Origin: Minisyncoccota bacterium
GTDB taxonomy: Bacteria; Patescibacteriota; Minisyncoccia; Phycocordibacterales; UBA2100
Assembly: GCA_035541295.1 (NCBI GenBank)
Contig: DATKNP010000003.1
Coordinates: 34,549-58,548, forward strand
Reading direction: 5' to 3'
Length of the DNA stretch: 24,000 bases
This document shows, one piece after another, positions 7,597 through 15,561 of this stretch. The position numbers and the translations under genes are program-made. A model generated the notes under the pieces. That model did not search any database and had not been told where the DNA came from. It saw only the letters and a program-made list of their open reading frames with translations. Positions within the stretch are counted from its first letter, which is position 1, and each line of letters begins with the position of its first letter.

Positions 7597-9276
7597 CTAC
7601 ATCCGGTCGGGTGTTGGGATACCGAGCAACCTTAAGCCGTTCTTGAGTGTGTGCGAGACAGCCTCGACAATCGCCACTTTATGCGGCTCGTCTTTGCTCT
7701 GATCGAGAATCTGCACCTGCCCATACCAACTGTTGAAGGCGCTCGCGATCTCGATGAGATATATTGCAACGTAGTGTGGCTCGTATTCGTTTGCTGCGCG
7801 CAGGACGACTTCGGGAAAGCGCGTGATGAGCCGCATAAGGTCTGATTGTGGAGTGCTCGTGTTAAGTACCGGCTTCACATTGGCCACGTGTGCGCGATCG
7901 AGAATCGCGTGCGTGCGTGCGTAGGTGTATTGCAAATAGGGACCCGAATCTCCTTCGAGTGAGAGTGCGCGATCGCGGTCGAAGACAATATCCTTGCCAG
8001 TGGTTTGTTTGAGTACTTGATACTTGATTGCGGCGACCGCGATCTGTTGTGCGAGTACGTCGTGATCCTTCGCGCGACTCTCGGCCGCGCGAGTCTTCGC
8101 GACCTCTGCAAGCTCGGTGAGTAATGATTCGCCGGTCACCACGTTGCCCTTGCGACTCGACATCTTACCTTCGGTGAATCGCATCATGCCATGAGTCACG
8201 TGCGAGGTTTTCTCGGCAACGTCCGGCATCAGGAGTTCCATTGCTTTGTGCATGACCTTGAAGTATTCGCTCTGTTCGCTCGCCGTTACGACGATTGAAC
8301 GATCAAAGCTCACCGTGTCGGCCTTCTCACGCGCATTGCCGATATCTTTGGTCTCGTAGGTCGGATTGCCGGCACTGGTGATGAATACGCGTGTGTGCAG
8401 GCCGTACTTCTCACCAAGGAATATGACCGCACCCTCGCTTTTTTCGAAGATGCCGTCCTCGATGTGCGCCTCGACGATCGCCCTCCCAATGGGACCGGTG
8501 TCGCTCTCGAAGAAATAGAAGTCGAATTTAGTGCCCAATATATGGTAGAGATCTTCGAAATGCGCGAGCGACACCGCGCGGCCCTTGGCATAGAGTTCAT
8601 TAATGTGTTCATCGGAGCGCTCGTAGATCTGCTTATTCAATGCATCGATGGCGACTTTCGACTGACCGTCAGATTCGTAGCGATGCGCGCCTTCGACGTA
8701 TGCTGAGGAAATATCCTGTATCGTCGGCTCTGTGACATTGCGCTCGAGGAGTATATACAGTGCCTTTGCCACATGCGGGCCGACGTCGCCCTGGTAGTTG
8801 GCGCGCAAGACCTTCGCACCCGAAGCTTCGAGCAATCGCGTAATCGATTCGCCGATGGCGTTGCTCATGAGATGACCGATGTGGAATTGCTTGAAAGGAT
8901 TAGGATCGGTGAACTCGACCATGATGGTCTTCCCTGTAAGCGACTCGTTGGTGCCCCACTGTTCATCATGCCGAGCGCGCTCAAGTGTGGCGATTATTGA
9001 CTCTGGTGCGAGCGTGAAATTGATGAACCCCGGACCAGCGACTTCGATCTTGGCGACGCCATCGATACCCCCGAGGTGCGCGACGATCGCCTCCGCTAAT
9101 TCGCGTGGATTCTTCCCTGCTTGCTTTGCAAACTTCAGCGCGATGCCGGTCGCATAATCGCCATGCGCGAGCTCCGCAGGATGTTCGAGCGATATTGTTC
9201 CAGAATCAATGCCGAGCCCGACCAATGTCTGTCGTATCTTTTGCTCGATTTGCCCCCGGATTTCCATGTGGCGCAT
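7597..9276 (-). CDS. argS: Arginine--tRNA ligase
   Basis: 559 aa. It has the HIGH motif (FHIGHLMSNAIG), an N-terminal Arg_tRNA_synt_N-like region, and a DALR anticodon-binding-type C-terminus ending ...PTPDRM. An alternative ATG at 9267 (MEIRG) is possible. Confidence 0.95.
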   Translation of the reverse strand: MRHMEIRGQIEQKIRQTLVGLGIDSGTISLEHPAELAHGDYATGIALKFAKQAGKNPRELAEAIVAHLGGIDGVAKIEVAGPGFINFTLAPESIIATLERARHDEQWGTNESLTGKTIMVEFTDPNPFKQFHIGHLMSNAIGESITRLLEASGAKVLRANYQGDVGPHVAKALYILLERNVTEPTIQDISSAYVEGAHRYESDGQSKVAIDALNKQIYERSDEHINELYAKGRAVSLAHFEDLYHILGTKFDFYFFESDTGPIGRAIVEAHIEDGIFEKSEGAVIFLGEKYGLHTRVFITSAGNPTYETKDIGNAREKADTVSFDRSIVVTASEQSEYFKVMHKAMELLMPDVAEKTSHVTHGMMRFTEGKMSSRKGNVVTGESLLTELAEVAKTRAAESRAKDHDVLAQQIAVAAIKYQVLKQTTGKDIVFDRDRALSLEGDSGPYLQYTYARTHAILDRAHVANVKPVLNTSTPQSDLMRLITRFPEVVLRAANEYEPHYVAIYLIEIASAFNSWYGQVQILDQSKDEPHKVAIVEAVSHTLKNGLRLLGIPTPDRM

Positions 9277-9360
9277 TGTAACAAAAGTTATCCACTTTGC
9301 TCACGTTTGACATTCGCCCCATCAGGCATACTCTTATATGCAGCAGATGACTCCGGTCAT

Positions 9361-9387
9361 CAACAAACACCGACTCAGCGTCGGTGT
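9361..9387 (-). terminator. Hairpin plus U-rich tract (intrinsic-terminator-like) upstream of argS
   Basis: The stem is ACACCGAC (9367-9374) / GTCGGTGT (9380-9387) with a 5-nt loop. On the minus strand it is followed by TTTGTTG (9366-9361). Confidence 0.55.
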
Positions 9388-9389
9388 CC

Positions 9390-9437
9390 AGAGGTCAGAT
9401 AGATGTGTTCTTCACCGAATGCATCTATCTGACCTCT
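9390..9437. repeat. Perfect 16-bp inverted repeat with 16-nt loop
   Basis: AGAGGTCAGATAGATG (9390-9405) is the exact reverse complement of CATCTATCTGACCTCT (9422-9437). On the plus strand it is followed by TTTTCATTT. On the minus strand it is followed 2 nt later by the 9367-9387 hairpin. Confidence 0.85.
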
Positions 9438-9451
9438 TTTCATTTCGATTT

Positions 9452-9481
9452 GAGATCAAAAAAGGCACCTGCTGTGGCGCC
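9452..9481 (-). terminator. Rho-independent terminator of rplK
   Basis: Minus-strand sequence is GGCGCC-ACAGCA-GGTGCC (6 bp including one G.U) followed by TTTTTTGATCTC. It begins 26 nt after the rplK stop. Confidence 0.7.
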
Positions 9482-9506
9482 ATTTCTTTCTAGCGATTTT
9501 AAAGAA

Positions 9507-9929
9507 TTAGACCTCTGCATCAATACCCATCGAGCGAGCCGTTCCTGCGATGATCTTCATCGCCTGCTTGAGATCGCTCGCATTGAGATCCTCCATCTTC
9601 TCTTCGGCTACGGCCTGCACCTGCGCCTTGGTCATCTTGGCGACTTTGTTCTGCGCTTTGTCGGAGCCCTTCTCCTTGCCGACCGCCTTCAAGATGAGAC
9701 GGGACGCCGGCGGCTTCTTGACGATGAAGTCGAAGCTGCGGTCGGAATAGACCTTCATGAGGACCGGCAATATCGATCCCATCAAGGGACGCGTCTGGTT
9801 GTTGAATTGATTCACGAATTCGCCGATATTGACGCCCGCAGGACCAAGCGCAGTTCCCACCGGTGGAGCTGGCGTAGCCTTCCCTGCTTCGATCTGAAGT
9901 TTGATTATTTTGGTTACTTGTTTTGCCAT
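9507..9929 (-). CDS. rplK: 50S ribosomal protein L11 (uL11)
   Basis: 140 aa. [43 protein letters not shown] is the canonical L11 N-terminus. Confidence 0.97.
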   Translation of the reverse strand: MAKQVTKIIKLQIEAGKATPAPPVGTALGPAGVNIGEFVNQFNNQTRPLMGSILPVLMKVYSDRSFDFIVKKPPASRLILKAVGKEKGSDKAQNKVAKMTKAQVQAVAEEKMEDLNASDLKQAMKIIAGTARSMGIDAEV

Positions 9930-9937
9930 ATGTATTT

Positions 9938-10483
9938 TTAAACTCGTTGGACCTGATCCGCTTCAAGTTCGACCGGCGTTTCGCGGCCAAACATAGGAAC
10001 TAGCACTTTAACCTTTCCTCGTTCTTCGTCAATCTCTCCGACCTTCCCTTCAAGATCCTTGAACGGTCCGTCAATAATTACAATGGCATCGTCGAGCGCT
10101 AAGTCTATTGCGTGGCGGACGACGTCACCCCCGACACGTTTGAGGATCTTGTCGACTTCGTCTTGTTCGAGCGGGACGGCTTGATTGGCCGTGCCGACAA
10201 ATCCTGTAACCTGCGGCGTGTTACGTACAACGCTCCACGCATCGTCGGTCGCGATCATATCGACAAGGACATAACCGGGGAATGTCTTTTCCTTCGTCTC
10301 GGTGCGGCGACCATTCTTTATCTTTATCTTTTTCTCGGTCGGAACGACGATGTTGAATATCTGCTCGCCCATCCCGAACGATTCGATGCGCGTCTTCAAA
10401 TTGCGCGCAACCGCATCCTCATACCCTGAGTAGGTGTGTATCGCATACCACTTCCGTTCTCCACCATGTGTCTGTTTGGCCAT
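9938..10483 (-). CDS. nusG: Transcription termination/antitermination factor NusG
   Basis: 181 aa. It has [19 protein letters not shown] (NGN domain) and a C-terminal KOW-like [17 protein letters not shown]. It sits in the conserved secE-nusG-rplK order. Confidence 0.95.
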   Translation of the reverse strand: MAKQTHGGERKWYAIHTYSGYEDAVARNLKTRIESFGMGEQIFNIVVPTEKKIKIKNGRRTETKEKTFPGYVLVDMIATDDAWSVVRNTPQVTGFVGTANQAVPLEQDEVDKILKRVGGDVVRHAIDLALDDAIVIIDGPFKDLEGKVGEIDEERGKVKVLVPMFGRETPVELEADQVQRV

Positions 10484-10492
10484 AATGAAAGT

Positions 10493-10807
10493 TTATTTGG
10501 TGCTGGTCTTACTGGTAAACGGTAACGTAAGTGGTGTCGGGGTCGTGGACGATTGTGTTGTTGGTACTGAAGGTGTCGTCGGGGTTACAGGTACCGTTTG
10601 TACTGAAGGTGTCGCAGCCGGGAGGTTATTGATCACTTGAGCAAGGCCGGTCGTGAAGAGAAAGTCGAAAAGCCCGAGATACGCCGCGAGTCCGAGTGAA
10701 ATACCTGCAACGAGAAGCGTGTAGACGATCGTCTGTGTCTGTGTCGGCCACGCAACGTGACGTAGTTCGGCACGTGTGTCTTTGAGATATTGCAGAAGTG
10801 CTCCCAT
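10493..10807 (-). CDS. secE: Preprotein translocase subunit SecE with Thr/Pro-rich C-terminal extension
   Basis: 104 aa. YLKDTRAELRHVAWPTQTQTIVYTLLVAGISLGLAAYLGLFDFLF is the SecE core plus one TM segment, and the gene lies directly upstream of nusG. The last ~45 aa are a T/P/S-rich low-complexity tail. Confidence 0.85.
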   Translation of the reverse strand: MGALLQYLKDTRAELRHVAWPTQTQTIVYTLLVAGISLGLAAYLGLFDFLFTTGLAQVINNLPAATPSVQTVPVTPTTPSVPTTQSSTTPTPLTLPFTSKTSTK

Positions 10808-10843
10808 AGGATGATTTTAGGTGATTATATATTTTTCAGGCAA

Positions 10844-10866
10844 TTTTAAAACCCCTCGCGGGGCTT
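10844..10866 (-). terminator. Putative intrinsic terminator after the SIMPL gene
   Basis: Minus-strand sequence is AG-CCCC-GCGA-GGGG-TT, a GNRA tetraloop with 4 G-C pairs plus flanking G.U and A-U. It is followed by TTAAAATTG and lies ~50 nt after the stop at 10917. Confidence 0.5.
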
Positions 10867-10916
10867 AGCGAGTATGGTAATTGAAACACGTGGAAAGTCA
10901 AGGCGTTCGGATATAT

Positions 10917-11732
10917 CTACCGGATCTCGTAGGTCACTGACACATCGGAGATGATGGTGTTTTGACCAGTGGCGATTGTCGGCACGGCAGGAGCACCTGC
11001 CGAGGACGCCATAGCATCAGAAGCTTGCATATACATAGGGATGCGCGTACCACCCGAATCTTCACTGAAACCCGTAATGCGTACGAGCGATACTCCGAGC
11101 GAGCTCGCGAGTGCTTGTGCCTTGGACTTCGCATCTGCTATCGCTTTGCCGCGTGCTTGCGCATCGAGCGCATCTTGATTCTCCACGGTGAAAGTCAGTC
11201 CACTTACATCCGATACTCCACGCGTACCGACACCCGAGAGAAGTGCTCCGGCTTTGCTGATGTCCTTCACTTTGACCGTCTCTGTTTGTGATACTTCATA
11301 CCCGCTTATTGTTTGACGTTGTGGGGGGCAGTAACCATTTTGTGTACAGATCTGACTATTATATTGATATTGCGGATTCACATTGTAATCGGTGGTTTGA
11401 ATGTCAGTATCGGCGATGCCCTGTGATTTGAGGTAATCAATAATGGTGTTGCTCGCAGTAGTTGCCTTGGATTGTGCTGTCGCCACATCAGGCGCGGTCT
11501 CATCGACGGTGTAGGTAAAGGTCGCTGTATCGGGGACGGTAAACACCTTACCCTCACCCGAGACGGTGATGGTATCGGTGGCCGCAATGCCGGCACCGAT
11601 GTACTGAATACTGCGCAGTTCACTCACCGTCCCAACAAGAAGAAAGAGTGCGAGCATGCCGAGCGCTATGGCGGCCATCGTTCGCACCGTATGCGTTGCG
11701 CTGATTATTTTCTCTACTGATTGATTTTCCAT
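10917..11732 (-). CDS. SIMPL/DUF541-domain membrane-anchored protein
   Basis: 271 aa with an N-terminal TM segment (MAAIALGMLALFLLVGTV). The layout is typical of SIMPL (26 kDa periplasmic immunogenic protein family): ITVSGEGKV...A.F...V, ...GYEVSQTETVKV, and ...ISDVSVTYEI at the C-terminus. Confidence 0.7.
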   Translation of the reverse strand: MENQSVEKIISATHTVRTMAAIALGMLALFLLVGTVSELRSIQYIGAGIAATDTITVSGEGKVFTVPDTATFTYTVDETAPDVATAQSKATTASNTIIDYLKSQGIADTDIQTTDYNVNPQYQYNSQICTQNGYCPPQRQTISGYEVSQTETVKVKDISKAGALLSGVGTRGVSDVSGLTFTVENQDALDAQARGKAIADAKSKAQALASSLGVSLVRITGFSEDSGGTRIPMYMQASDAMASSAGAPAVPTIATGQNTIISDVSVTYEIR

Positions 11733-11843
11733 AGGTTTATTTAATATCTATATCTAAAAGATTTATAATCTCAAGTGTATCATCAAAATACACTGCCATA
11801 CACTACAGCGTAGTACAGTCTAGGGTTATGTAATGGATGATTG

Positions 11844-11917
11844 GGTGGTCTACGGGACTCGAACCCGTAACCGCCGGTACCACAAACCGGAGCTCCACCA
11901 ATTGAGCTAAGACCACC
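11844..11917 (-). tRNA. tRNA-His: tRNA-His (anticodon GTG) with genomically encoded G-1
   Basis: Reverse complement folds by hand as G-GTGGTCT-TA-GCTC-AATTGGTG-GAGC-T-CCGGT-TTGTGGT-ACCGG-CGGTT-ACGGG-TTCGAGT-CCCGT-AGACCAC-C. This is a cloverleaf with a GTG anticodon, and the extra 5' G pairs with C73. Confidence 0.9.
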
Positions 11918-11994
11918 ATATGTGTTTCTGACCTTGCAGTTATAGCAAATACCAGCTCATCGCGCGAGAAGTGCTGGCTCACTACGCGAGCGCA

Positions 11995-13098
11995 TTATTT
12001 GTTCGTAATGATCACTGCCGGTTCGGTCGGCACCTGCACAACAGTGAAGGCGACGCGACCGATGAGTTGTCCGTAACTGGTCAGTACGTTAACCCGCCAA
12101 TTCCCCGCCGCAAGATACCCCTTATATGAATAGCCTTCATAACCTCCGTCGCGTCCACCAATAATTTGGTACGGGACGGTGTCGGTTGTGTTCCATTGTT
12201 TTGTACTCGCATCATAGTATTGCCACTCATCTTCGACTGTTGTGGCGAGACCGCTCGGTGCGAAGATCGCGCTATATACGTAGACGTAATCATTCGGTGC
12301 TTCATGGAAGACATTGTTGTAATTGAGATAATCCTGATACCACGCGAGCGGTTCGCCGGTAAGTTGATAGGTGCCGTCCTTTTCATGCACGACGTTGTGG
12401 TAGACACCAGAGTCCTTCAAGGCAAGCGGTAGTGGTGGGATGAGGTTGTTGAAGTACAAAACATTGAAAATGATGTAGATAACCGCGATGGAACGCGCGA
12501 CGTTCGTGCGATTCTTTTTGACTACCTCCGGCACGAGCCGCCCCACTATCATCAAGAAAAGCGTAATGACTACCAAGCTCACTCCTCCGCTTATGAGAAA
12601 CATCTGGGGGCCGATCTGGTGGAACAAAACTGGTAAGAAGAAAATTAAAAACGAAAAGAGAACGCCGAAATAGAGACTGACTTGGAAGGTGAATTGTACG
12701 TAGCGGCGCGTGACGCGCTCGTTGGCTAAGAGTAGCACGGCGAGTGCTGCGACAAAGACCCAACTCGCGAAGAATGAAGCGCTGCGGCTGTAGAGCGAAA
12801 GGTAGCCACTAAAGAGACCTCCGAAAGCGAACTGCATGGCGACCGGAATGAATGGTGAAAAACGTACGAACTGTTGATTTTTGATCCGACCAGTCTGGAC
12901 AAGGTTCAAAAGTACGATGCCGAATGCACAGACGAGTAAGTAGAAAAAGAGGAGCGCATTGGTACGCCAGAGGTCGACACGTTTCAACAAAACAAAGTTG
13001 TCGAAGAGGAAGCCGACTACGAGCGAGAGTGGCGAGACGAATCGCTCATACCACCAGACGAGCTCTTCGACACTCTTGGGGAAATACTTGCGTGCCAT
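11995..13098 (-). CDS. Polytopic membrane protein with C-terminal DUF2914-like extracytoplasmic domain
   Basis: 367 aa. The first ~215 aa contain about 6 hydrophobic segments. The soluble tail has W.YYD...W......Y.I.GGRDGGYEGYSYKG....G.WRV.V....G..IG...F.V, a pattern reminiscent of DUF2914. The assignment comes from memory of the family pattern, not from a search. Confidence 0.55.
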   Translation of the reverse strand: MARKYFPKSVEELVWWYERFVSPLSLVVGFLFDNFVLLKRVDLWRTNALLFFYLLVCAFGIVLLNLVQTGRIKNQQFVRFSPFIPVAMQFAFGGLFSGYLSLYSRSASFFASWVFVAALAVLLLANERVTRRYVQFTFQVSLYFGVLFSFLIFFLPVLFHQIGPQMFLISGGVSLVVITLFLMIVGRLVPEVVKKNRTNVARSIAVIYIIFNVLYFNNLIPPLPLALKDSGVYHNVVHEKDGTYQLTGEPLAWYQDYLNYNNVFHEAPNDYVYVYSAIFAPSGLATTVEDEWQYYDASTKQWNTTDTVPYQIIGGRDGGYEGYSYKGYLAAGNWRVNVLTSYGQLIGRVAFTVVQVPTEPAVIITNK

Positions 13099-13158
13099 GG
13101 AGGAATAATAACAGTATTAGTGGAGAAAAACCGATTAAGTCGGCATGTTCTTTTTTTG

Positions 13159-13240
13159 TGCCCAGGGGGGGACTCGAACCCCCATGCCTTGCGGCGCTAC
13201 CACCTCAAGGTAGTAAGTCTACCAATTTCTCCACCTGGGC
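13159..13240 (-). tRNA. tRNA-Leu: tRNA-Leu (anticodon GAG), class II with long variable arm
   Basis: Reverse complement is GCCCAGG-TG-...-CTACC-TTGAGGT-GGTAG-CGCCGCAAGGCAT-GGGGG-TTCGAGT-CCCCC-CCTGGGC-A. It is 82 nt with a 7-bp acceptor, a 5-bp T stem and a GAG anticodon. Confidence 0.9.
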
Positions 13241-13289
13241 ATTATGGTTCAGCGCGTATTGTAATGCCTCTTCGCTTCGGGGGGAAGTA

Positions 13290-13718
13290 TTACGCCTCCG
13301 CAACAACTTCGGCAGTTTCCTCCACAGGTGCAGTTTCTGTCACATCGTCAGCCGCGGCATGCACCATACGCGTGCGGCGGAGCATGCGGCGTGCCTCGCG
13401 CGCGACCTTCTCGCGGATGTAGTAGAGCTTGGCGCGGCGGACACGGCTGCGCTTCACGATTTCAATACTGTCGATCATCGGAGAATAGAGCGGGAAAATC
13501 TTCTCGACGCCCACACCCGAGGCGACACGGCGCACCGTGAAGGTGCCACCTGCTTCCGTACCGTGCTTGCGAGCCAAGACGAGACCTTCGAATGCCTGCA
13601 GACGAGTCTTGCCCTTTTCCTCAATCTTCTGCCATACGCGCACCGAATCCCCCGCACGCAAATCCATCGCCTTGCGCGCTTCCATGTCTATCGGTGAAAT
13701 GACTACCTTGTTGACCAT
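13290..13718 (-). CDS. rplS: 50S ribosomal protein L19 (bL19) with acidic C-terminal tail
   Basis: ORF 13290..13742, trimmed to the ATG at 13718 ([13 protein letters not shown]). [41 protein letters not shown] is the L19 signature. Confidence 0.93.
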   Translation of the reverse strand: MVNKVVISPIDMEARKAMDLRAGDSVRVWQKIEEKGKTRLQAFEGLVLARKHGTEAGGTFTVRRVASGVGVEKIFPLYSPMIDSIEIVKRSRVRRAKLYYIREKVAREARRMLRRTRMVHAAADDVTETAPVEETAEVVAEA

Positions 13719-13886
13719 AAGACCGGCACTATAGCATTTCAAGGCCGATTAGCAACTAGATAAGGTCTAGGTCATTTTTCAATCTGGGGATCCGCCACCG
13801 AAAATTAAAGAGGTGAGCAGCGTTGCCATAGCAAGTAAAGCGAATGCCAGAGATGTCTTTTATTAATTGAGGTCTGCATAGAAATA

Positions 13887-14570
13887 TTATCGTCCATGAC
13901 GACGCTCACGTTCGTCAAACTCTTTCAGGATAGAGTCTAAAATCTCCTCGGTAAAATCTGGCCAAAAGGGATTGACAAAGAAGAGTTCGCTGTATGCGGC
14001 TTGCCAGAGGAGGAAGTTCGACAGACGCTGTTCCCCTCCCGGACGAATGATAATATCGGGATCCGGCATGTCAGCGCTCCAGAACTGACTGCGCAGTGAT
14101 TCTTCAGTTATTTTTTTCCGCGTTGTGGCGAGCTTTTGTGCAGCAGAAACAATCTCGGCTCTCCCTCCGTATGAGAGACAGCACCAGAGCGTGATCTTGT
14201 CATTCGAGGCAGTATCGCATTCGACTTTGTCCATGAGATTCTGGAGGTCTTTGCTAAATCGTTCGCGCTGACCGATAAAACGTATCCTCACCCCCTCTTT
14301 TCCAAGCTCTTGCATATCTTCCTTTGCAGCCGAACGAAAAAGTTCCATGAGATACTCTACCTCTTCCTCCTCGCGATTCCAGTTCTCGGTCGAGAACATA
14401 TATACGACGAGGTGCGGAATGTTGCGATCGCGCACCCAACGTACTGTACTCTTGAGCGTCACACGCAAACCTTCATGATGACCTTGCAGCTTTGGGAGTC
14501 CACGCTCTTTCGCCCACCGGCGGTTACCGTCGAGGATAATACCGATACATGCTGGTGTAGACATCTCCAC
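13887..14570 (-). CDS. uppS: Isoprenyl transferase / undecaprenyl-diphosphate synthase
   Basis: It has IGIILDGNRRWAKERGLP, FSTENWNR, RPGGEQRLSNFLLWQAAYSELFF, typical of the cis-prenyltransferase family. The codon at 14570 is GTG. The first ATG is at 14564 (MSTPAC), so the true start may be either. Confidence 0.93.
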   Translation of the reverse strand: MEMSTPACIGIILDGNRRWAKERGLPKLQGHHEGLRVTLKSTVRWVRDRNIPHLVVYMFSTENWNREEEEVEYLMELFRSAAKEDMQELGKEGVRIRFIGQRERFSKDLQNLMDKVECDTASNDKITLWCCLSYGGRAEIVSAAQKLATTRKKITEESLRSQFWSADMPDPDIIIRPGGEQRLSNFLLWQAAYSELFFVNPFWPDFTEEILDSILKEFDERERRHGR

Positions 14571-14573
14571 ACG

Positions 14574-14864
14574 CTAGAAGATGATGTCGAATGAGTCAAA
14601 TGATTTCTGTGGTATATCCGACGGCGGTGCTATATTCCACTGCGCATCAACACGCTTGACATGCGAAAGGAGCGGTCCGTGCTTCAGATTAATGAGCCAC
14701 TGCTCAAGAGCTTTCCGCTTCCCCTCTCCGTATGCTTCGACCGAACCGTCGGGCATATTGCGCACGTAGCCGACAATGCCAAACTGGTGCGCCTTACGTG
14801 TCGCGAAATCGCGGAACATCACGAGCTGCACGCGACCGTAGATGCGGCAATATAAGCTTTCCAT
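14574..14864 (-). CDS. acyP: Acylphosphatase
   Basis: ORF 14574..14990, trimmed to the ATG at 14864 (MESLYCRIYGRVQLVMFRDFATRKAHQFGIVGYVRNMPDGSVEAYGEG). This shows the acylphosphatase V.G.VQGV.FR / G.V.N..DG.V pattern. The longer ORF would run into tRNA-Val. Confidence 0.85.
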   Translation of the reverse strand: MESLYCRIYGRVQLVMFRDFATRKAHQFGIVGYVRNMPDGSVEAYGEGKRKALEQWLINLKHGPLLSHVKRVDAQWNIAPPSDIPQKSFDSFDIIF

Positions 14865-14985
14865 ATTAGTGATTTGTATCACACAACTGTACATTTTGGT
14901 CACGCATAAATCTCTGCTGAGATTTTGCGCGACCCCACCTCGCACCTTCGTGCTCCGGCTCACAATCCTGCCTATCGTCGGATTG

Positions 14986-15058
14986 TGCACGCTGCAGGAC
15001 TTGAACCTGCGACCCTCTCGGTGTAAACGAGATGCTCTACCAACTGAGCTAAGCGTGC
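14986..15058 (-). tRNA. tRNA-Val: tRNA-Val (anticodon TAC)
   Basis: Reverse complement is GCACGCT-TA-GCTC-AGTTGGTA-GAGC-A-TCTCG-TTTACAC-CGAGA-GGGTC-GCAGG-TTCAAGT-CCTGC-AGCGTGC-A, 73 nt. Confidence 0.92.
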
Positions 15059-15061
15059 GTG

Positions 15062-15133
15062 TGCCTTCGGTAGGAATCGAACCTACATTGAGGCCTTAGA
15101 AGAGCCCTGTTCTATCCATTGAACTACGAAGGC
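15062..15133 (-). tRNA. tRNA-Arg: tRNA-Arg (anticodon TCT)
   Basis: Reverse complement is GCCTTCG-TA-GTTC-AATGGATA-GAAC-A-GGGCT-CTTCTAA-GGCCT-CAAT-GTAGG-TTCGATT-CCTAC-CGAAGGC-A, 72 nt. It lies 3 nt upstream of tRNA-Val on the same strand. Confidence 0.9.
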
Positions 15134-15192
15134 AACCTGTCTCAACAACGGACTCCATTACAGTAGCCGCAGGGCGCATTATGGTCAATGTA

Positions 15193-15561
15193 TTACTGCG
15201 AAGGATCGGGTAGGGATGTAGTGGGACTTTCCTCGAGAGCCTGGAATTCAGTTTGCCGCTGCGCAAATCCGCTGATAGTGGCATCGAGCAGTGGTCGGTT
15301 CAAATTTGATGCAGCGGGAGGAGGTGATTTTTTTGATGGTAATACCGAAGATGCGGTAGCAGGGAGAGCGGTTGATGATGGTTGGGAACGTGCAGTGAAA
15401 AATAGCATGAGGCCATACACACTCGCCGCTCCAATGATGAGTACCGCGGTGAGCAGCAAGGTCTGCCAATACAGTTCTGCAAACCTACGTGCATACTCGG
15501 GCTCATTGCGGTTTTGATACACCGCACGCAGCGAGGAGAATAATTGGGAGTTGAGGTTCAT
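15193..15561 (-). CDS. Hypothetical single-pass membrane protein, fourth gene of the pilMNO-like cluster
   Basis: ORF 15193..15612, trimmed to the ATG at 15561 (MNLNSQLF). That ATG forms an ATGA overlap with the stop of the upstream gene (15558-15561). There is one TM segment (TLLLTAVLIIGAASVYGLMLFF) followed by a Pro/Ser-rich tail. I recognise no family. Confidence 0.5.
   Translation of the reverse strand: MNLNSQLFSSLRAVYQNRNEPEYARRFAELYWQTLLLTAVLIIGAASVYGLMLFFTARSQPSSTALPATASSVLPSKKSPPPAASNLNRPLLDATISGFAQRQTEFQALEESPTTSLPDPSQ

Noticed and set aside
9277-9506. A T-box riboswitch leader for argS
   Set aside because: The 16-bp stem is perfectly paired, with none of the internal specifier, K-turn or AG-bulge loops of Stem I. 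No AAUNNGGGUGGNACCGCG-like T-box sequence is present. The UGGA next to the terminator-like hairpin would not match the A73 discriminator of the tRNA-Arg seen in this window.
13121-13157. A possible terminator after tRNA-Leu (minus strand CCGA-CTTAA-TCGG followed by TTTTTCTCC)
   Set aside because: The stem is only 4 bp, too weak to support as a feature.
12924-13697. A 257-aa plus-strand ORF
   Set aside because: It runs straight through tRNA-Leu (13159-13240) and lies antisense to rplS and to the start of the DUF2914-like gene. It is Arg-rich shadow sequence.
14865-14987. A string of small hairpins in the tRNA-Val trailer: CACAATCC/GGATTGTG (14961-14987), GCAC-CTTC-GTGC (14942-14953), GCGA-CCCCACC-TCGC (14927-14941) and AAATCTC-TGCT-GAGATTT (14908-14925)
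   Set aside because: The stems are short (4-8 bp) with no U-tract and no tRNA-like T-arm or anticodon structure. This is most simply a processing trailer plus the acyP promoter region, and is not distinctive enough to call an ncRNA.
14574-14990. The 138-aa version of the acylphosphatase ORF
   Set aside because: The upstream extension reaches into tRNA-Val (14986-15058). The ATG at 14864 gives the canonical ~96-aa acylphosphatase.
331-15561. Alternative genetic code (UGA recoding, as in some CPR lineages)
   Set aside because: TGA functions as a stop at well-defined gene ends, for example the ATGA overlaps at 331-334 and 15558-15561 and at 23226-23229. The long housekeeping ORFs are intact under the standard code.
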